Shown piece by piece: positions 20,314 through 31,324 of a stretch of DNA of 64,000 nt (positions within the stretch are counted from its first letter, which is position 1; each line of letters opens with the position of its first letter). The notes under the pieces are model-generated. The model saw only the letters and a program-made list of their open reading frames with translations, was not told the origin of the DNA and did no database searches. This DNA comes from an uncultured Thermoleophilia bacterium (lineage in GTDB: Bacteria > Actinomycetota > Thermoleophilia > UBA2241), in the NCBI GenBank assembly GCA_963702475.1, contig CAVPCT010000008.1, forward strand, positions 1 to 64,000, given 5' to 3'. The position numbers and the translations under genes were made by a program.

Positions 20314-22807
20314 CTACCTCAGCGTGGCGCCGAACTCGCGCTCCAGCGCCTTGAGGATCTTGCCGCGCACCGCCGCGATGTCCTTCTCGGTCAGCGTGCG
20401 CTCGGGCGAGCGCATCACCACGCGCAGGGCCAGCGAGCGCTTGTCGGCCGGCACCTGGTCGCCCTCGTACACGTCGAACACGCGCACGCTCCGCACGAGC
20501 TTGCCGCCGGCCCTGTCGGCCTGCTCGACCACGGCAGCGGCCGGCACGTCACGCCCCACGACCACGGCCAGGTCCTGCGCCGCCGGCGGATACTGGCCGA
20601 GGTCGGCGAACGGCCGGCTCCTGAGCGCGACCGGGACGAAGTCGGCGCTCAGCCCCGCCACGTAGACGTCCAGCCCGTCGAGGCCGAAGGCGGCGGCGAT
20701 GTCGGGTCGCAACTGTCCGAGCACGCCCACCTCCCCCACACCCTGCAACCGGACGTGCGCCGTCTTGCCGGGATGCAGGAAGGGATAGCGGGGATCGCCG
20801 CCGGCCGGCAGGTACTCGGCGGCGAGGCCGACCGCCGCCAGCATGCGCTCGACCACACCCTTGAGCGCAAAGAAGTCGGTCGTGCGCGCCTGCCCCGTCC
20901 AGGCCTCGGGGTGCAGGCGGCCGGTCATGACGACGGCCACGATCTCCGGCTCGTGCGGCAGGACGGCGCCCGGCTCGGCGGCGTGCTCGGGCGCCGGGAC
21001 CGGCTCGTCCCACAGGTAGACCCTGCCGATCTCGAAGACGTTCGGCGGGTCGTTGAGGCGGTCGACGTTGTCACGCACGGCTTTGAGGAGCCCGGGCAGC
21101 AGCATCGTGCGCATCACGGACTGCTCCACGCTCATGGGATTGGAGAGCCGCACGGGATCGAGACGGGCGTCCCCCTCGGCGAGGCCGAAAGGCGCCACGG
21201 CGTCGGGCGCGACGAAGCTGTACGTGATGACCTCGTCCAGGCCGCAGCCGGCCAGTGCGGCGCGCACGGCGCGCCGCACGTTCTGTGGCTGCGTGAGGCC
21301 GCCGACCGTGGTGTGCAGGGGCAGCGTCTCCGGCGCCAGGTGGTAGCCGGCGATGCGGCCGACCTCCTCGATGAGGTCGACTTCGCGGATGAGGTCGGGA
21401 CGGAACGTGGGCACGGAGACGGTCCACGACGCGTCGGTGTCGCTCGCGCTCGTGTCGCCCTCGTCCACCTCGCACTCCAGGCGACGCAGGATGGCGCCCT
21501 GCTCGGCCCCCGGCACGGCGTAGCCGAGCAGGGCGCCGCAGCGGGCCGGCCGGTACGCGACGGGTGCCGGCGGCGCGGGCACCGAACCCTCGTCCACAAT
21601 GCCGGGTGCCACGGTGCCGCCGCACAGCTCCGCGAACATCCGCGACGCGAACATGAGCCCACCGGGCACGAGGTTCGCGTCGATGCCCTTCTCGAAGCGG
21701 TTGCTGGCCTCGCTGCGGATACCCGTGTGCATCTCCGTGCGCAGGATGCCGGGCCCGGAGAAGTTGGCGGCCTCGAGCACGATGTCGGTGGTCTGGGCGT
21801 CGATCTCGGCCTGCAGACTGCCGAACACGCCGGCGATGACCAGGGCGCGCTCGACGTCGGCGATGACCAGCATCTGGTCGTCGAGGGTGCGCTCGACGCC
21901 GTCCAGGGTGACGATCTTCTCGCCGGCCGTCGCGCGGCGGGCGACGAGCTTGCTTCCGCGGACCTTGCCGGCGTCGAACGCGTGCAGCGGCTGGCCCCAG
22001 CCGAGCATGACGTAATTGGTCACGTCCACCACGTTGCTGATGGGACGCATGCCCGCGTGCGTGAGCCGCGCCTTGAGCCACGGCGGCGAGTCGCCCATCG
22101 TCACGCCGCGGATGACGGTGGCGCCGTACCGCGGGCAGAGGTCCGGATCGGCGATCTCGACGGCGATGGTCTCGGCCGCCGGCGCGCCGCCGAAGGCGGC
22201 CGGCCCGGCGGTGGGCTGCGGCATGAGCTCCACCCCGGCCGCCGCCGCGACCTCGCGGGCGATACCGTAGATGCTGAAGCAGTCCGGCCGGTTCGAGGTG
22301 AGCTCGAGCTCGAGCACGGCCTCGCTCACCGGCAGGTAGTCCTGCAGCGGCGCGCCGACGGTCCAGTCGCGCCGGGAGCACCACGATGCCCGGGCTCTTC
22401 TCCTCGTAGCCCAGCTCCTGCTCGCTCATCATCATGCCGTCGCTCTCGACGCCGCGGAGGCTGGCCTTCTTGAGCTTGAGGCCGCTCTCGAGCACGGCGC
22501 CGCTCAGGGAGACTGCGACGGTGTCGCCGGCCTGGAAGTTGTGGGCGCCGCAGACGATCTGACGGACGCCGCCGTTGGCCTCGCCGACCTCGACGGTGCA
22601 CAGGCTGAGCTTGTCGGCGTTGGGGTGCTGCTCCCTGGTGAGGACCTTGCCCACCACGAAGCGAGCGAGGTTGTCGGGGTCGCGCGGGGCGCCGACCCAG
22701 TCGATGCCCTCGACCTCGGTGCCGGACATGGTGAGCAGCTCGGCGAGCTCCTCCACCGAGCCCTGCCAGGCGACGTACTCCTTGAGCCAGCTGAACGGTA
22801 CACGCAT
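20314..22807 (-). CDS. pheT: Phenylalanine--tRNA ligase beta subunit, apparent frameshift near 22369
   Basis: MRVPFSWLKEY, HPNADKL, QIVCGA in one frame; NRPDC, DVTNYV, RFEKG, DLIEEVGR, FDVYEG in the other. Confidence 0.96.
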
Positions 22808-22822
22808 GTCGACCGCCTCCTC

Positions 22823-23920
22823 TCAGAACTGCCGCAGGAAGCGGACGTCGTTATCGTAGAACAGGCGCAGGTCGGGGATGTCGTACTTGAGCATCGCCAT
22901 GCGCTCCACGCCCATGCCGAAGGCGAAGCCGGTGTACCTCTCGGCGTCGTAGTCGACGAAGTCGTACAGGGCGGGGTCGACCATGCCGGCGCCCATGATC
23001 TCGAGCCAGCCGGAGTACTTGCAGGAGCGGCAGCCCCTGCCGCCGCAGAGCCCGCAGTTCACGTCGACCTCGATGCTGGGCTCCGTGAACGGGAAGAAGT
23101 GCGGCCGGACCCTGATGCTGCGGTCCGGTCCGAAGAACTCGCGCGTGAAGTGTGCCACGGTGCCCTTGAGGTCGGCCAGGGTGACACCCTCGTCCACGAC
23201 GAGTCCCTCGACCTGGTGGAACATCGGCGTGTGCGTGGCGTCCGAGTCGCGCCGGTACACTTTGCCGAGGCACACCACGTAGACGGGCGGTCGCTGCTGC
23301 TCCATGACGCGCACCTGGACGGGAGAGGTATGGGTGCGCAGCAGCACGCCACGGTCGGCGTCGACGACGGCCTCGGGCATGGTCTCGCGCTGCTCGACGA
23401 CCCAGAAGGTGTCGTGGGCGGAGCGCGCGGGGTGGCTGGGTGGCGTGTTCAGGGCCGTGAAGTTGTAGTAGTCGAGCTCGACCTCAGGGCCCTCGGCGAT
23501 CTTGTAGCCGAGCCCGATGAAGATGTCCTCGACCTCGCGCATGGTCTGGCTGATGAGATGCTCGTGGCCGGCCGGAAAGGGCACACCGGGCAGCGTGACG
23601 TCGATGCGCTCGGTGGCCAGCGAGACCGAGAGCGCAGCGCGCTTGAGCTCCGACTCGCGCTCCTCCACGAGCGCCTCGAGCTCCTTGCGGATGAGGTTGC
23701 CGCCCTTGCCTACCAGCGGGCGCTCACCCTCCGGCAGGGTGGGGATGGAGCGCAGGAACTCGGTGAGCGCGCTCCTGCGGCCGAGCACCTGGACACGCGC
23801 CTGCTCGAGCGCGGCGAGGTCGGCGGCGTGCAGGATGGTCTCGCGGCCGGTGTGGTAGATGGCGGCGAGACCCGGGGCTCGCTGTTTCAGCTCCTGGAGG
23901 TGGGCGTCGTCCATGGTCAT
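22823..23920 (-). CDS. pheS: Phenylalanine--tRNA ligase alpha subunit
   Basis: LRTHTSPVQ, HTPMFHQVEG, FPFTEPS, GFAFGMGVER. Confidence 0.98.
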   Translation of the reverse strand: MTMDDAHLQELKQRAPGLAAIYHTGRETILHAADLAALEQARVQVLGRRSALTEFLRSIPTLPEGERPLVGKGGNLIRKELEALVEERESELKRAALSVSLATERIDVTLPGVPFPAGHEHLISQTMREVEDIFIGLGYKIAEGPEVELDYYNFTALNTPPSHPARSAHDTFWVVEQRETMPEAVVDADRGVLLRTHTSPVQVRVMEQQRPPVYVVCLGKVYRRDSDATHTPMFHQVEGLVVDEGVTLADLKGTVAHFTREFFGPDRSIRVRPHFFPFTEPSIEVDVNCGLCGGRGCRSCKYSGWLEIMGAGMVDPALYDFVDYDAERYTGFAFGMGVERMAMLKYDIPDLRLFYDNDVRFLRQF

Positions 23921-24860
23921 CCTTCCTTGGCGGCCGCGGCGGGGCGCGGCGTAGGGAGAGCGCCGGGGCGCCGGCGCGACAGCTCGTAGAGGGCGATGGC
24001 GCCGGCCACACCGGCGTTGAGCGACTCGACGGCCTGCGGCCGGCCTGCCGCGAGCGCGATGGTGACCGGCCGCGTGACGTGCGGCGCCGCCTGCGCCGAG
24101 ATGCCGGCGCGTTCAGCGCCGACCACCAGCACAGCCGGGCGCGCCAGCTCCGCCAGGTGCAGCGGCTCGCCGCCGTGCGCTGCGAGGCCCACGACCTCGG
24201 CGCCGGGCAGGCGCGCGACCAGGTCGGCCAGCGTCACGTCCTGGTACAGCGGCAGCGCGAACACGGCCCCCATGCCGGCGCGCACCGTCTTGGGGCCGTA
24301 CAGGTCGGCGGTGCCGGGCGCCGCCACGAAGGCGGCGGCGCCGAAGGCCACCGCCGCGCGCAGCAGCGTGCCGACGTTGCCCGGGTCGCCGACGGCGTCC
24401 GCGTACACCACGAGCAGGTCGTCGCCTGACCCGGGCGGCGGCGTGAACCGGCGCCGCCCGGGCAGCGGGAACACGGCCATCACGTCGGCCGGCGCGTCGA
24501 GCGTGCCGATCTTGTGGGCCACGTGCTCGGCGACCGGGTAGACGGCCGGCGGCGGACCGGCAGCCGTGCGCGGGCTGGACGGCTCAGGCCCGGGACCCGC
24601 AGCGCCGGCGACCCGGCCGGTAGCGGAGACGCCGCCGGCCTCGCCGCCGAGCCCCAGCCGCTGGACCAGCTCTTCGGCGCGCTCCGCGCGCACGAAGACC
24701 ACCTGCGGCCGGTGGCCGGCGGCGAGGCCGGCCATGACGAGGTCGGCGCCTTCCACGAGGAAGGCGCCTTCCCGGTCACGGAACTTGCGCTGCCGCAGCG
24801 ACGCCGCCCTCTTCACGAGGGCGTTCTGCGTGCTGCCGAGTGGCTCTCCTAAAACCCCAA
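23917..24860 (-). CDS. TrmH/SpoU family RNA methyltransferase
   Basis: DPGNVGTLLRAA, VGAERAGI, ESLNAGVA; usual position between rplT and pheS; start uncertain. Confidence 0.9.
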
Positions 24861-24884
24861 GCGACTCGCCCGCCCCGCCGGCGC

Positions 24885-25247
24885 TCAGGCCGCGTCGAGG
24901 GCCGCGCGCGCCTGGGTGGCGAGCGAGGCGAAGTACGTGGGGTCGGTCACGGCGATATCGGCCAGCATCTTGCGGTCGAGCTCGACGTTGGCCAACTGGA
25001 GACCGTGCATGAACTGGTTGTACGACAGGCCGCACTCACGAGCGCCGGCGTTGATGCGGATGATCCACAGCTTGCGGAACTCGCGCTTGCGCACGCGGCG
25101 GTCGCGATAGGCGTACTGGCCACTGCGCTGGACCTGCTCTTTCGCCCTCTTGTAGGACGAGTTCTTGGTCGCGCGGTAGCCCTTGGCCTGCTCGAGGACC
25201 TTGCGGCGCTTCTTGCGCGCGGAGACGCTTCGTTTGACTCGCGACAT
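24885..25247 (-). CDS. rplT: 50S ribosomal protein L20
   Basis: [30 protein letters not shown]. Confidence 0.99.
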   Translation of the reverse strand: MSRVKRSVSARKKRRKVLEQAKGYRATKNSSYKRAKEQVQRSGQYAYRDRRVRKREFRKLWIIRINAGARECGLSYNQFMHGLQLANVELDRKMLADIAVTDPTYFASLATQARAALDAA

Positions 25248-25276
25248 GGTGGTTACTCCTTGGAACTAACGCGGGC

Positions 25277-25474
25277 TCAGCGGAGCCCGAGCAGGCGCTT
25301 GATCTCTTTTGAGTCGACCTTGCTGACGTCGTACAGCTTGCGGAACCCGCGCTTGCGCTTGGCGGACTTGTGTTCCAGGAGGTGACTCTTCATCCCGTGA
25401 CGGCGCACCAGCTTGCCGCTTCCGGTGAGACGGAAGCGCTTCTTGGTGGCGCTGTGTGTCTTCATCTTCGGCAT
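25277..25474 (-). CDS. rpmI: 50S ribosomal protein L35
   Basis: [21 protein letters not shown]. Confidence 0.98.
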   Translation of the reverse strand: MPKMKTHSATKKRFRLTGSGKLVRRHGMKSHLLEHKSAKRKRGFRKLYDVSKVDSKEIKRLLGLR

Positions 25475-25489
25475 CTGCACCCTCTCCCG

Positions 25490-26048
25490 CTACTTCACAG
25501 GCGCCATCATCATGACCATGTTGCGCCCGTCCTGCAGCGGCATGGACTCGATGACGCCGAACTCCTTGACATCTTCCGCAAGGCGCAGGAGCAGCTGCTC
25601 GCCGCGCTCCGGATGGACCATCTCGCGGCCGCGGAACATGATCGTGACCTTGACCTTGTCCTTGTGCTGCAGGAAGCGCACCACGTGGCCCTTCTTGGTC
25701 TCGTAGTCGTGCACGCCGACCTTGGGCCGGAACTTGATCTCCTTGATCACGATCTGGCTCTGGTGCTTGCGCGCCTGCTTCGCCTTGAGCTCGAGCTCGT
25801 AGCTGGTACTTGCTGTAGTTCATGACGCGGCACACCGGCGGGTCGGCCTGGGCCGCGACCTCGACCAGGTCCAGCCCCTTCTCGGCGGCGTAGTCCTGGG
25901 CGAAGCGGATGGTCTTGATGCCGAGCTGCTCGCCCTTCTCATCGATGAGGCGGACTTGCGGCACGGTGATACCGTCGTTGATGCGGATGCGGGGCTCGTT
26001 GGCCCTGTCGCGCATGAACCTGTCTCGTGGAGAAAATGGTCTGCCCAT
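25490..26048 (-). CDS. infC: Translation initiation factor IF-3, apparent frameshift near 25802
   Basis: [29 protein letters not shown] then [19 protein letters not shown]; start uncertain. Confidence 0.95.
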
Positions 26049-26054
26049 AGACGG

Positions 26055-26160
26055 AAAAAGGCTCGCCAACGGCGAGCCCTCACGATCTCCTTTCTCGTGA
26101 TGGACCCTGTCGACCTACCAGCGGGCGCAGGGTGGGGTGCTCGCAAGCTCCCACTTCGTG
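26055..26160 (-). ncRNA. L20 leader-like attenuator of infC-rpmI-rplT
   Basis: AAGTGGGAGC...CCCACCCTG...CAGGGT core, then terminator GGCTCGCC-GTT-GGCGAGCC-TTTTT; upstream GCGAGC can pair with the terminator 5' arm. Confidence 0.75.
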
Positions 26161-26168
26161 GCCGAGGG

Positions 26169-26197
26169 AGTATACACGACCGTTCGCAAGGCGTCTA
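26169..26197 (-). promoter_or_regulatory. Promoter of infC operon
   Basis: TAGACG-17 nt-TATACT directly before the leader. Confidence 0.65.
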
Positions 26198-26199
26198 AC

Positions 26200-26240
26200 A
26201 GGGCCGGGCGAGCGGCGCCCACGCCGCCCGCCCGGCCCCT
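26200..26240 (-). terminator. Hairpin downstream of the multiheme cytochrome gene
   Basis: GC-rich inverted repeat gggccgggcgagcggcg / cgccgcccgcccggccc. Confidence 0.55.
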
Positions 26241-26258
26241 TCAGTCGGGTCCTCCGCG

Positions 26259-28472
26259 CTACCGCGTGACCTTGACGCGCAGCAGCTTGACGGCCGGCTG
26301 CTGCATGAGCCCCGCGTCACCCCTTGCCGCGTAGATGAGGCGATACTGCGTGGACGTCCTCGGCTTCAGGGAGCGGCCGAACGTACCGTCCGCCTTCGTG
26401 GTGAAGGTGGAGATGGTCTTGTAGGCGGCCTTGGAGCTGGTCCTGCCCTGGAGCGTCACCTTCTGCCCGGCGAGCGCCCCGGAGACGCCCGACAGGGAGC
26501 CGCCCACGGTGATCCGCTTGCCCTTCTTGATGCGCCTGTCCGACACCGAGGCTTTCAGCGTGCTGTCGGCGGGGGCGGCGGTACCGTGATGGGCCTGCGC
26601 GTGGCTGCTGTGGCAGGTGGCGCAGGAGCCGGCGTCCTCGTACATGGGCTTGTGGCAGGTGGTGCACGCCACGGTGGGATCCTTGGCGTGCACCTGCTCC
26701 TTGTCGCCGAACATGCCGGACGCCGTGCTGTGACAGGCGGTGCACTTCTGCGACCCGAACTTCTCGGCGCTGTGGCAGGTCTGGCACTTGACCGGCACCG
26801 CGGCAGGAGTCATGGCGTCGTGGCACACGCTGCAGGCGGCGCCGGCGTGCGACTGCTTCGCCACGGCGATCTTGCCGTCGTGGCAGGTCTCGCACTTGGC
26901 GAGCGGCGTCGCCTTGGTGGTCCCGTGGTGGTACTTCTCCGTGTCGCCGTGACAGGTAGCGCACGTGCCGAGCGTCTTGTAGTGCTCCTGGTGGCAGGTC
27001 GTGCAGGAGGCCTTGGCGATGCTGGTGCCCTCGTGGTTGCGGACCTTGGCGTGGCAGGAGGCGTCGCCGCACGAGAGGTCGTTGGTGGACTTGACCGCGG
27101 GGACCTTGCCCTGCGCCTTGTCGTGGCAGGTCATGCACTGGCCGGAGGGGATGTCCATGCCGTTGTGGCAGCTCGTGCAGCCGGTCCCATAGCTGGAGTG
27201 GCCGGTGGGCGCAGCGGCGATGGACCCGTCGTGGCAGCCGGCGCAGTCGTTCAGCGGAATCGGCTTCGCGGTGCCGTGGTGGAAGCCGTCGACGTCGTCG
27301 TGGCACTTGGAGCAGGTCCCCACCGCCTCGAAGTGGGCGTCGTGGCACGTGGTGCAGGACGCCTTGGTGATGGGCGTGCCCTCGTGGTTCTTGATCTTGG
27401 CGTGGCAGCCGGAGTCGGCGCACGCCAGCGAGCTCGTGTACGTGACCTGCGGCGCGCTGGACCCCGGCTTGCCGACGTGACAGGACGCGCAGTCGGCCAG
27501 CGACGGCTTGTCCATGCCGGTGTGACAGCTCGCGCAGTCGGCGCTGTAGCCCGTGTGGTTGGACGGCGCCTTGGCGATGGAGCCGTCGTGGCAGGTGGCG
27601 CACCGGCCGAGCGCGATCGCCTGCGTCGTGCCGTGGTGGAAGGACTGGGGGTCGGTGTGGCACTTGGTGCACGCGCCGAGTGACTGGTAGTGGGCGGTGT
27701 GGCAGTCGGTGCAGGGAGCCTGCGTGATCGACGTGCCGACGTGGTTCTTGATCTTGCCGTGGCAGCCCGCATCGTCGCAGGAGAGGTCGTTGGTGAAGGT
27801 GACCTGGGGGCCGCCGGACGACGGGTTGCCGACGTGGCACGCGGCACAGTCGCCCCCCGCGGGGACGGTCATGCCGTCGTGGCACGACGCGCACACGGTG
27901 TGCTTGCCGTCGTTGTGGGAGGCCGGCGGCAGCTTGGCGAGCGTGCCGTTGTGGCAGTCGACGCACGACGGCTCCGTGGCGGCCGCCGCGTCGTGATGGA
28001 TGCCATCCTCGTGGCAGTCGGCGCACGCCTTGCCGTACCCCGACGCGCCCAGGTGCGGGGAAACGCCGTGCGTGAAGGCGACGTCGTACCTGGGATCCTC
28101 ACCGCTCTCACGGTAGAGGTGGCAGCTGCCGGCGCAGGCGATCGTCGGGGCGTTGCCGGGTTCGTGACACTGCCAGCAGAGCTGCGAGCCCGACGTCGTC
28201 ATGCCGCCGTGGCAGGCGGCGGTGACACAGGCGGTGTTCGACGGCGTACGGTCCTGATGGCACCCGCTGCTGTTGCAGGTGGACTCGCCGGCCCCGCCGT
28301 GCTCCCAGGATTCGTACCCGAGAGCCGGTCCCGCGGCCGCCGCGCACGTGACGAAGAGCACAAGCGCGAGGAGCGGGAGGAAGAGGCGGGAGGAGCGGAC
28401 TTCCGGTCTGCGTGCGGAGCGGGCTTCTGGTCGGCGGTCGTGGCGATCCGGCACGTCGAACCCCCTGTCCAT
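26259..28472 (-). CDS. Secreted multiheme c-type cytochrome (29 heme-binding motifs)
   Basis: Signal peptide (LFLPLLALVLFVTCAAAAGPALG); 23 CxxCH, 5 CX4CH and 1 CX3CH counted; basic beta-rich C-terminal domain. Confidence 0.93.
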   Translation of the reverse strand: MDRGFDVPDRHDRRPEARSARRPEVRSSRLFLPLLALVLFVTCAAAAGPALGYESWEHGGAGESTCNSSGCHQDRTPSNTACVTAACHGGMTTSGSQLCWQCHEPGNAPTIACAGSCHLYRESGEDPRYDVAFTHGVSPHLGASGYGKACADCHEDGIHHDAAAATEPSCVDCHNGTLAKLPPASHNDGKHTVCASCHDGMTVPAGGDCAACHVGNPSSGGPQVTFTNDLSCDDAGCHGKIKNHVGTSITQAPCTDCHTAHYQSLGACTKCHTDPQSFHHGTTQAIALGRCATCHDGSIAKAPSNHTGYSADCASCHTGMDKPSLADCASCHVGKPGSSAPQVTYTSSLACADSGCHAKIKNHEGTPITKASCTTCHDAHFEAVGTCSKCHDDVDGFHHGTAKPIPLNDCAGCHDGSIAAAPTGHSSYGTGCTSCHNGMDIPSGQCMTCHDKAQGKVPAVKSTNDLSCGDASCHAKVRNHEGTSIAKASCTTCHQEHYKTLGTCATCHGDTEKYHHGTTKATPLAKCETCHDGKIAVAKQSHAGAACSVCHDAMTPAAVPVKCQTCHSAEKFGSQKCTACHSTASGMFGDKEQVHAKDPTVACTTCHKPMYEDAGSCATCHSSHAQAHHGTAAPADSTLKASVSDRRIKKGKRITVGGSLSGVSGALAGQKVTLQGRTSSKAAYKTISTFTTKADGTFGRSLKPRTSTQYRLIYAARGDAGLMQQPAVKLLRVKVTR

Positions 28473-28679
28473 TCGAGGTTCTCGGCAGTAAAGACCCGGT
28501 GGCGCGACGATGCAACCCGTCTCGTGCGTGCCACGCTGCCCGCACAACGTTTCTTCACACGTTCTTCGCATTTGCGGAACCCCGGGACCCGGTACGTCGC
28601 CGAACGAGACCGCCCCGGGCTCTGGAGCACTCTGCCCCGGCGGGGTAGCATCGGGGCACGAGCAGACCGGAGGGACCTC

Positions 28680-29648
28680 ATGCCTCGTGCGCCGCAGCGC
28701 TTTCTGATGGATGCCACGGGCTCGCACGACGACGTCGATGCGAGCCTGGTCGAGCAGCACCTCGCCGACGGCGGGTTCTTCTGGCTGGACCTGCACGGCG
28801 CCGCCGCCGGCAACGAGGCCATGCTCGAGGAGCTGTTCGGCTTCCACCCGCTGGCGCTGGAGGACGCCGAGCACTTCGGCCAGCGCCCCAAGCTCGACGA
28901 CTACGACGACTTCCTGCTGCTCGTCGCCTACGGCGCCAACGCCGACAGGGACGGGCTCGTGGAGGTGCACTGCTTCATCTCGGGCGAGTACCTGGTCACC
29001 GTGCACCGCGACGACTGCCCTTCGTTCGAGGAGATGCGCACCAGGGCCGCCAGGGAGCATGTCCCGCCGGCAGTGGGCCCGCTGCTGCTCCACTCGGTGC
29101 TGGACGCGCTGGTGGACAGCTTCTTCCCGGAGCTCACCAAGCTCGACAACCGCATCGACGAGCTCGAGGCCGGGATCCTGCACGGACCGAGGGACGAGCA
29201 GCTGCAGGAGATCTTCCGCCTGAAGCGCCGGATCATCACCTGGCGCAAGGTCATCACCCCGCAGCGCGACCTGCTGGCACGCCTGGTCAGCGGCGTCATC
29301 ACCGTCCCCGGGATGACGCCGGACATGGAGCGCTACTACCGCGACCTCTACGACCACCTCATCCGCATCAACGACTACCTGGACAGCTACCGCGACCTGC
29401 TCTCGGGCGCGATGGACGTCTACCTGTCGACGGTCTCGAACCGGCTCAACGAGGTGATGAAGCGGCTGACCCTCGTGGCTACGGTGTTCATGCCGCTCAC
29501 GTGGATCGTCGGGTTCTTCGGGATGAACTTCGCCTGGATGGTGAGGCTCGTCGCCGGCTGGCCGGCGTTCCTGGCGCTGGGCGTGGCCACGCAGGTCGCG
29601 GCCGTGCTCGTGATGGTGTGGCTGTTCCGGCGCAAGGCGTGGCTCTGA
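28680..29648 (+). CDS. corA: CorA family magnesium transporter
   Basis: FHPLALED, QRPKLDDY, GFFGMNF signature, two C-terminal TM helices. Confidence 0.93.
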   Translation: MPRAPQRFLMDATGSHDDVDASLVEQHLADGGFFWLDLHGAAAGNEAMLEELFGFHPLALEDAEHFGQRPKLDDYDDFLLLVAYGANADRDGLVEVHCFISGEYLVTVHRDDCPSFEEMRTRAAREHVPPAVGPLLLHSVLDALVDSFFPELTKLDNRIDELEAGILHGPRDEQLQEIFRLKRRIITWRKVITPQRDLLARLVSGVITVPGMTPDMERYYRDLYDHLIRINDYLDSYRDLLSGAMDVYLSTVSNRLNEVMKRLTLVATVFMPLTWIVGFFGMNFAWMVRLVAGWPAFLALGVATQVAAVLVMVWLFRRKAWL

Positions 29649-29797
29649 GAAGCCACCCCCGCCGGCCCGCACCGCGGCGTTGACGCGGGCGCGGCAGGCC
29701 GTGCGCCGCGTGGGCTGTACCCGCGCGCCCCATCAGTCGATAAGCTTGGATGACGAGCGCGGCGTGCAAGGCGCCCGCAGTCACGAGGGAGAGACGC

Positions 29798-30778
29798 TTG
29801 TACATCGCCGTCAGCGCCATCGGGGAGCACTACCTGGGCGAGCAGCGAGCCGCCATGGCCGCGTTCACGTTCGGACTGCTCATCACCTTCCTGGGCGTAC
29901 GCATCAACACGCGCCTCATCCGCGCCAAGGTGAGCTGGTGGTTCCACGACATCGAGTCCGAGGGCGGCGTGCACGTGCACCACATGGTGATCGGGGTGGT
30001 TCTCATGGTGGCCATCGGCATCGTCCTGATCGCCACCACGCCCACGCACCTCTGGCTGCAGCTGTGCGCCCTGGTGTTCGGCGCCGGGGTGGCGCTGACC
30101 CTCGACGAGTTCGCCCTGATCCTGCGCCTGCAGGACGTCTACTGGAGAGCCGAGGGGCGGATCTCGGTGGACGCCGTGATCATCGCCGTGTGCGCCGGCA
30201 TGCTGTTCATCTTCGGGTTCAGGCCAGGCGGGATCGAGGCCGGAACGACGTCGACGGCCGGCGGCGTCGCCGTCGGCATCGGCATCGCGATCGCGGTGTT
30301 CTTCAACATGATCTGGGCCGTCATCTGCCTGTTCAAGGGCAAGTACTGGACCGGGTTCTTCGGCGTCTTCATCCCCATCATCGGCGTCGTCGGGGCGCTG
30401 CGGCTTGCGCGACCGAACTCCCCCTGGGCGCGCAAGCGGTACGCGAACAAGCCCAGGAAGCTCGCCCGCGCCGAGCGCCGTGAGGACAAGATGGACCGCA
30501 CCTGGCGCGCCTGGCGTGAGGCCTTCTTCGACCTGATCGCCGGCAAGCCCCACCTGCCGAGCATCCCGGCGTACCAGCCGCCGGAGGCGGACCAGGTGGA
30601 GGATGCGGCGTCTGACGCGGTGGCGACGCTCGAGGACTCCGAAGGAGACGCTGAAGCGACCGGGTCTGCGGTTGCGGCGACGGCCGCGGGCGAGGACGCG
30701 GCTCCCGCACCGGCCGCCGGTGCGCCCGAGGACTCGGTGGCCCCCGACACTCAGGGCCCGGCGGGCGCGCCGGCCTGA
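29798..30778 (+). CDS. Conserved actinobacterial integral membrane protein
   Basis: GGVHVHHMVIG, GVALTLDEFAL.L.L.DVYW..EGR.S.DA, KGK, RLARP.SPWA; low-complexity acidic tail; start uncertain. Confidence 0.8.
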   Translation: MYIAVSAIGEHYLGEQRAAMAAFTFGLLITFLGVRINTRLIRAKVSWWFHDIESEGGVHVHHMVIGVVLMVAIGIVLIATTPTHLWLQLCALVFGAGVALTLDEFALILRLQDVYWRAEGRISVDAVIIAVCAGMLFIFGFRPGGIEAGTTSTAGGVAVGIGIAIAVFFNMIWAVICLFKGKYWTGFFGVFIPIIGVVGALRLARPNSPWARKRYANKPRKLARAERREDKMDRTWRAWREAFFDLIAGKPHLPSIPAYQPPEADQVEDAASDAVATLEDSEGDAEATGSAVAATAAGEDAAPAPAAGAPEDSVAPDTQGPAGAPA

Positions 30779-31324
30779 GCGTCGGCCGCCGCCACGACGA
30801 CCCCCAGGTCGTCGACGAAGCGGCGCTGCGCCGGCACGATGGCCTCGCGGGCCGCGTCGAGCGTGAACCACGCGGCCCGGTCCACCTCCGGGAACTCCGC
30901 CGTCCTGCCCGACCGCGGCGGCCACTCCATCGAGAACGTGTTGCTCCTCAGCTGCGCCGGGTCGCAGTCGTGTTCCACGGCCCAGGCGAAGATGAGCTTG
31001 TGGCCGTGGGCCTTGACGCCGCCCAGGGGCTGGAAGGGCCCTGCGGGCTCCAGCCCCGTCTCCTCCCTGACCTCGCGCAGCGCCACCTTGAGGAGGTCGG
31101 CCCCGGCGGCCCGGTTACGCGCTTTGGCCGCCGTGACCGTCGCCGGCTCCGGCCCCAGCTCCTCAGGCTCGGCCAGACCCTTTGGGGATGCTCCAGGCGC
31201 CGGCGTCCTTCTTCGCCCAGTACGGGCCGCCGGGGTGGACGAGCAGGACCTCGAGGGCGGGCTCCGGCGAGCGCGGGTCCCGCACACGGCGATACACGAG
31301 CAGTCCTGCGCTGATGTCGGGCAT
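30751..31324 (-). CDS. NUDIX hydrolase, frameshift near 31180
   Basis: SAGLLVYR, LLVHPGGPYW.KKD.GAWSIPKG then REVREETG, SNTFSMEWPPRSG, FPEVDR. Confidence 0.88.

Noticed and set aside
26580-28000. Repeated DNA segments as a CRISPR array or non-coding repeat
   Set aside because: They are degenerate in-frame repeats of heme-binding modules, with no constant repeat-spacer pattern and no cas genes.
28473-28679. Riboswitch or Rex/FNR site upstream of the cytochrome
   Set aside because: No recognisable riboswitch core; the TGTGAA half-site has no matching second half.
28473-29672. 400-aa N-terminal extension of the cytochrome ORF
   Set aside because: It is the antisense of corA and the intergenic region; the signal peptide starts after 28472.
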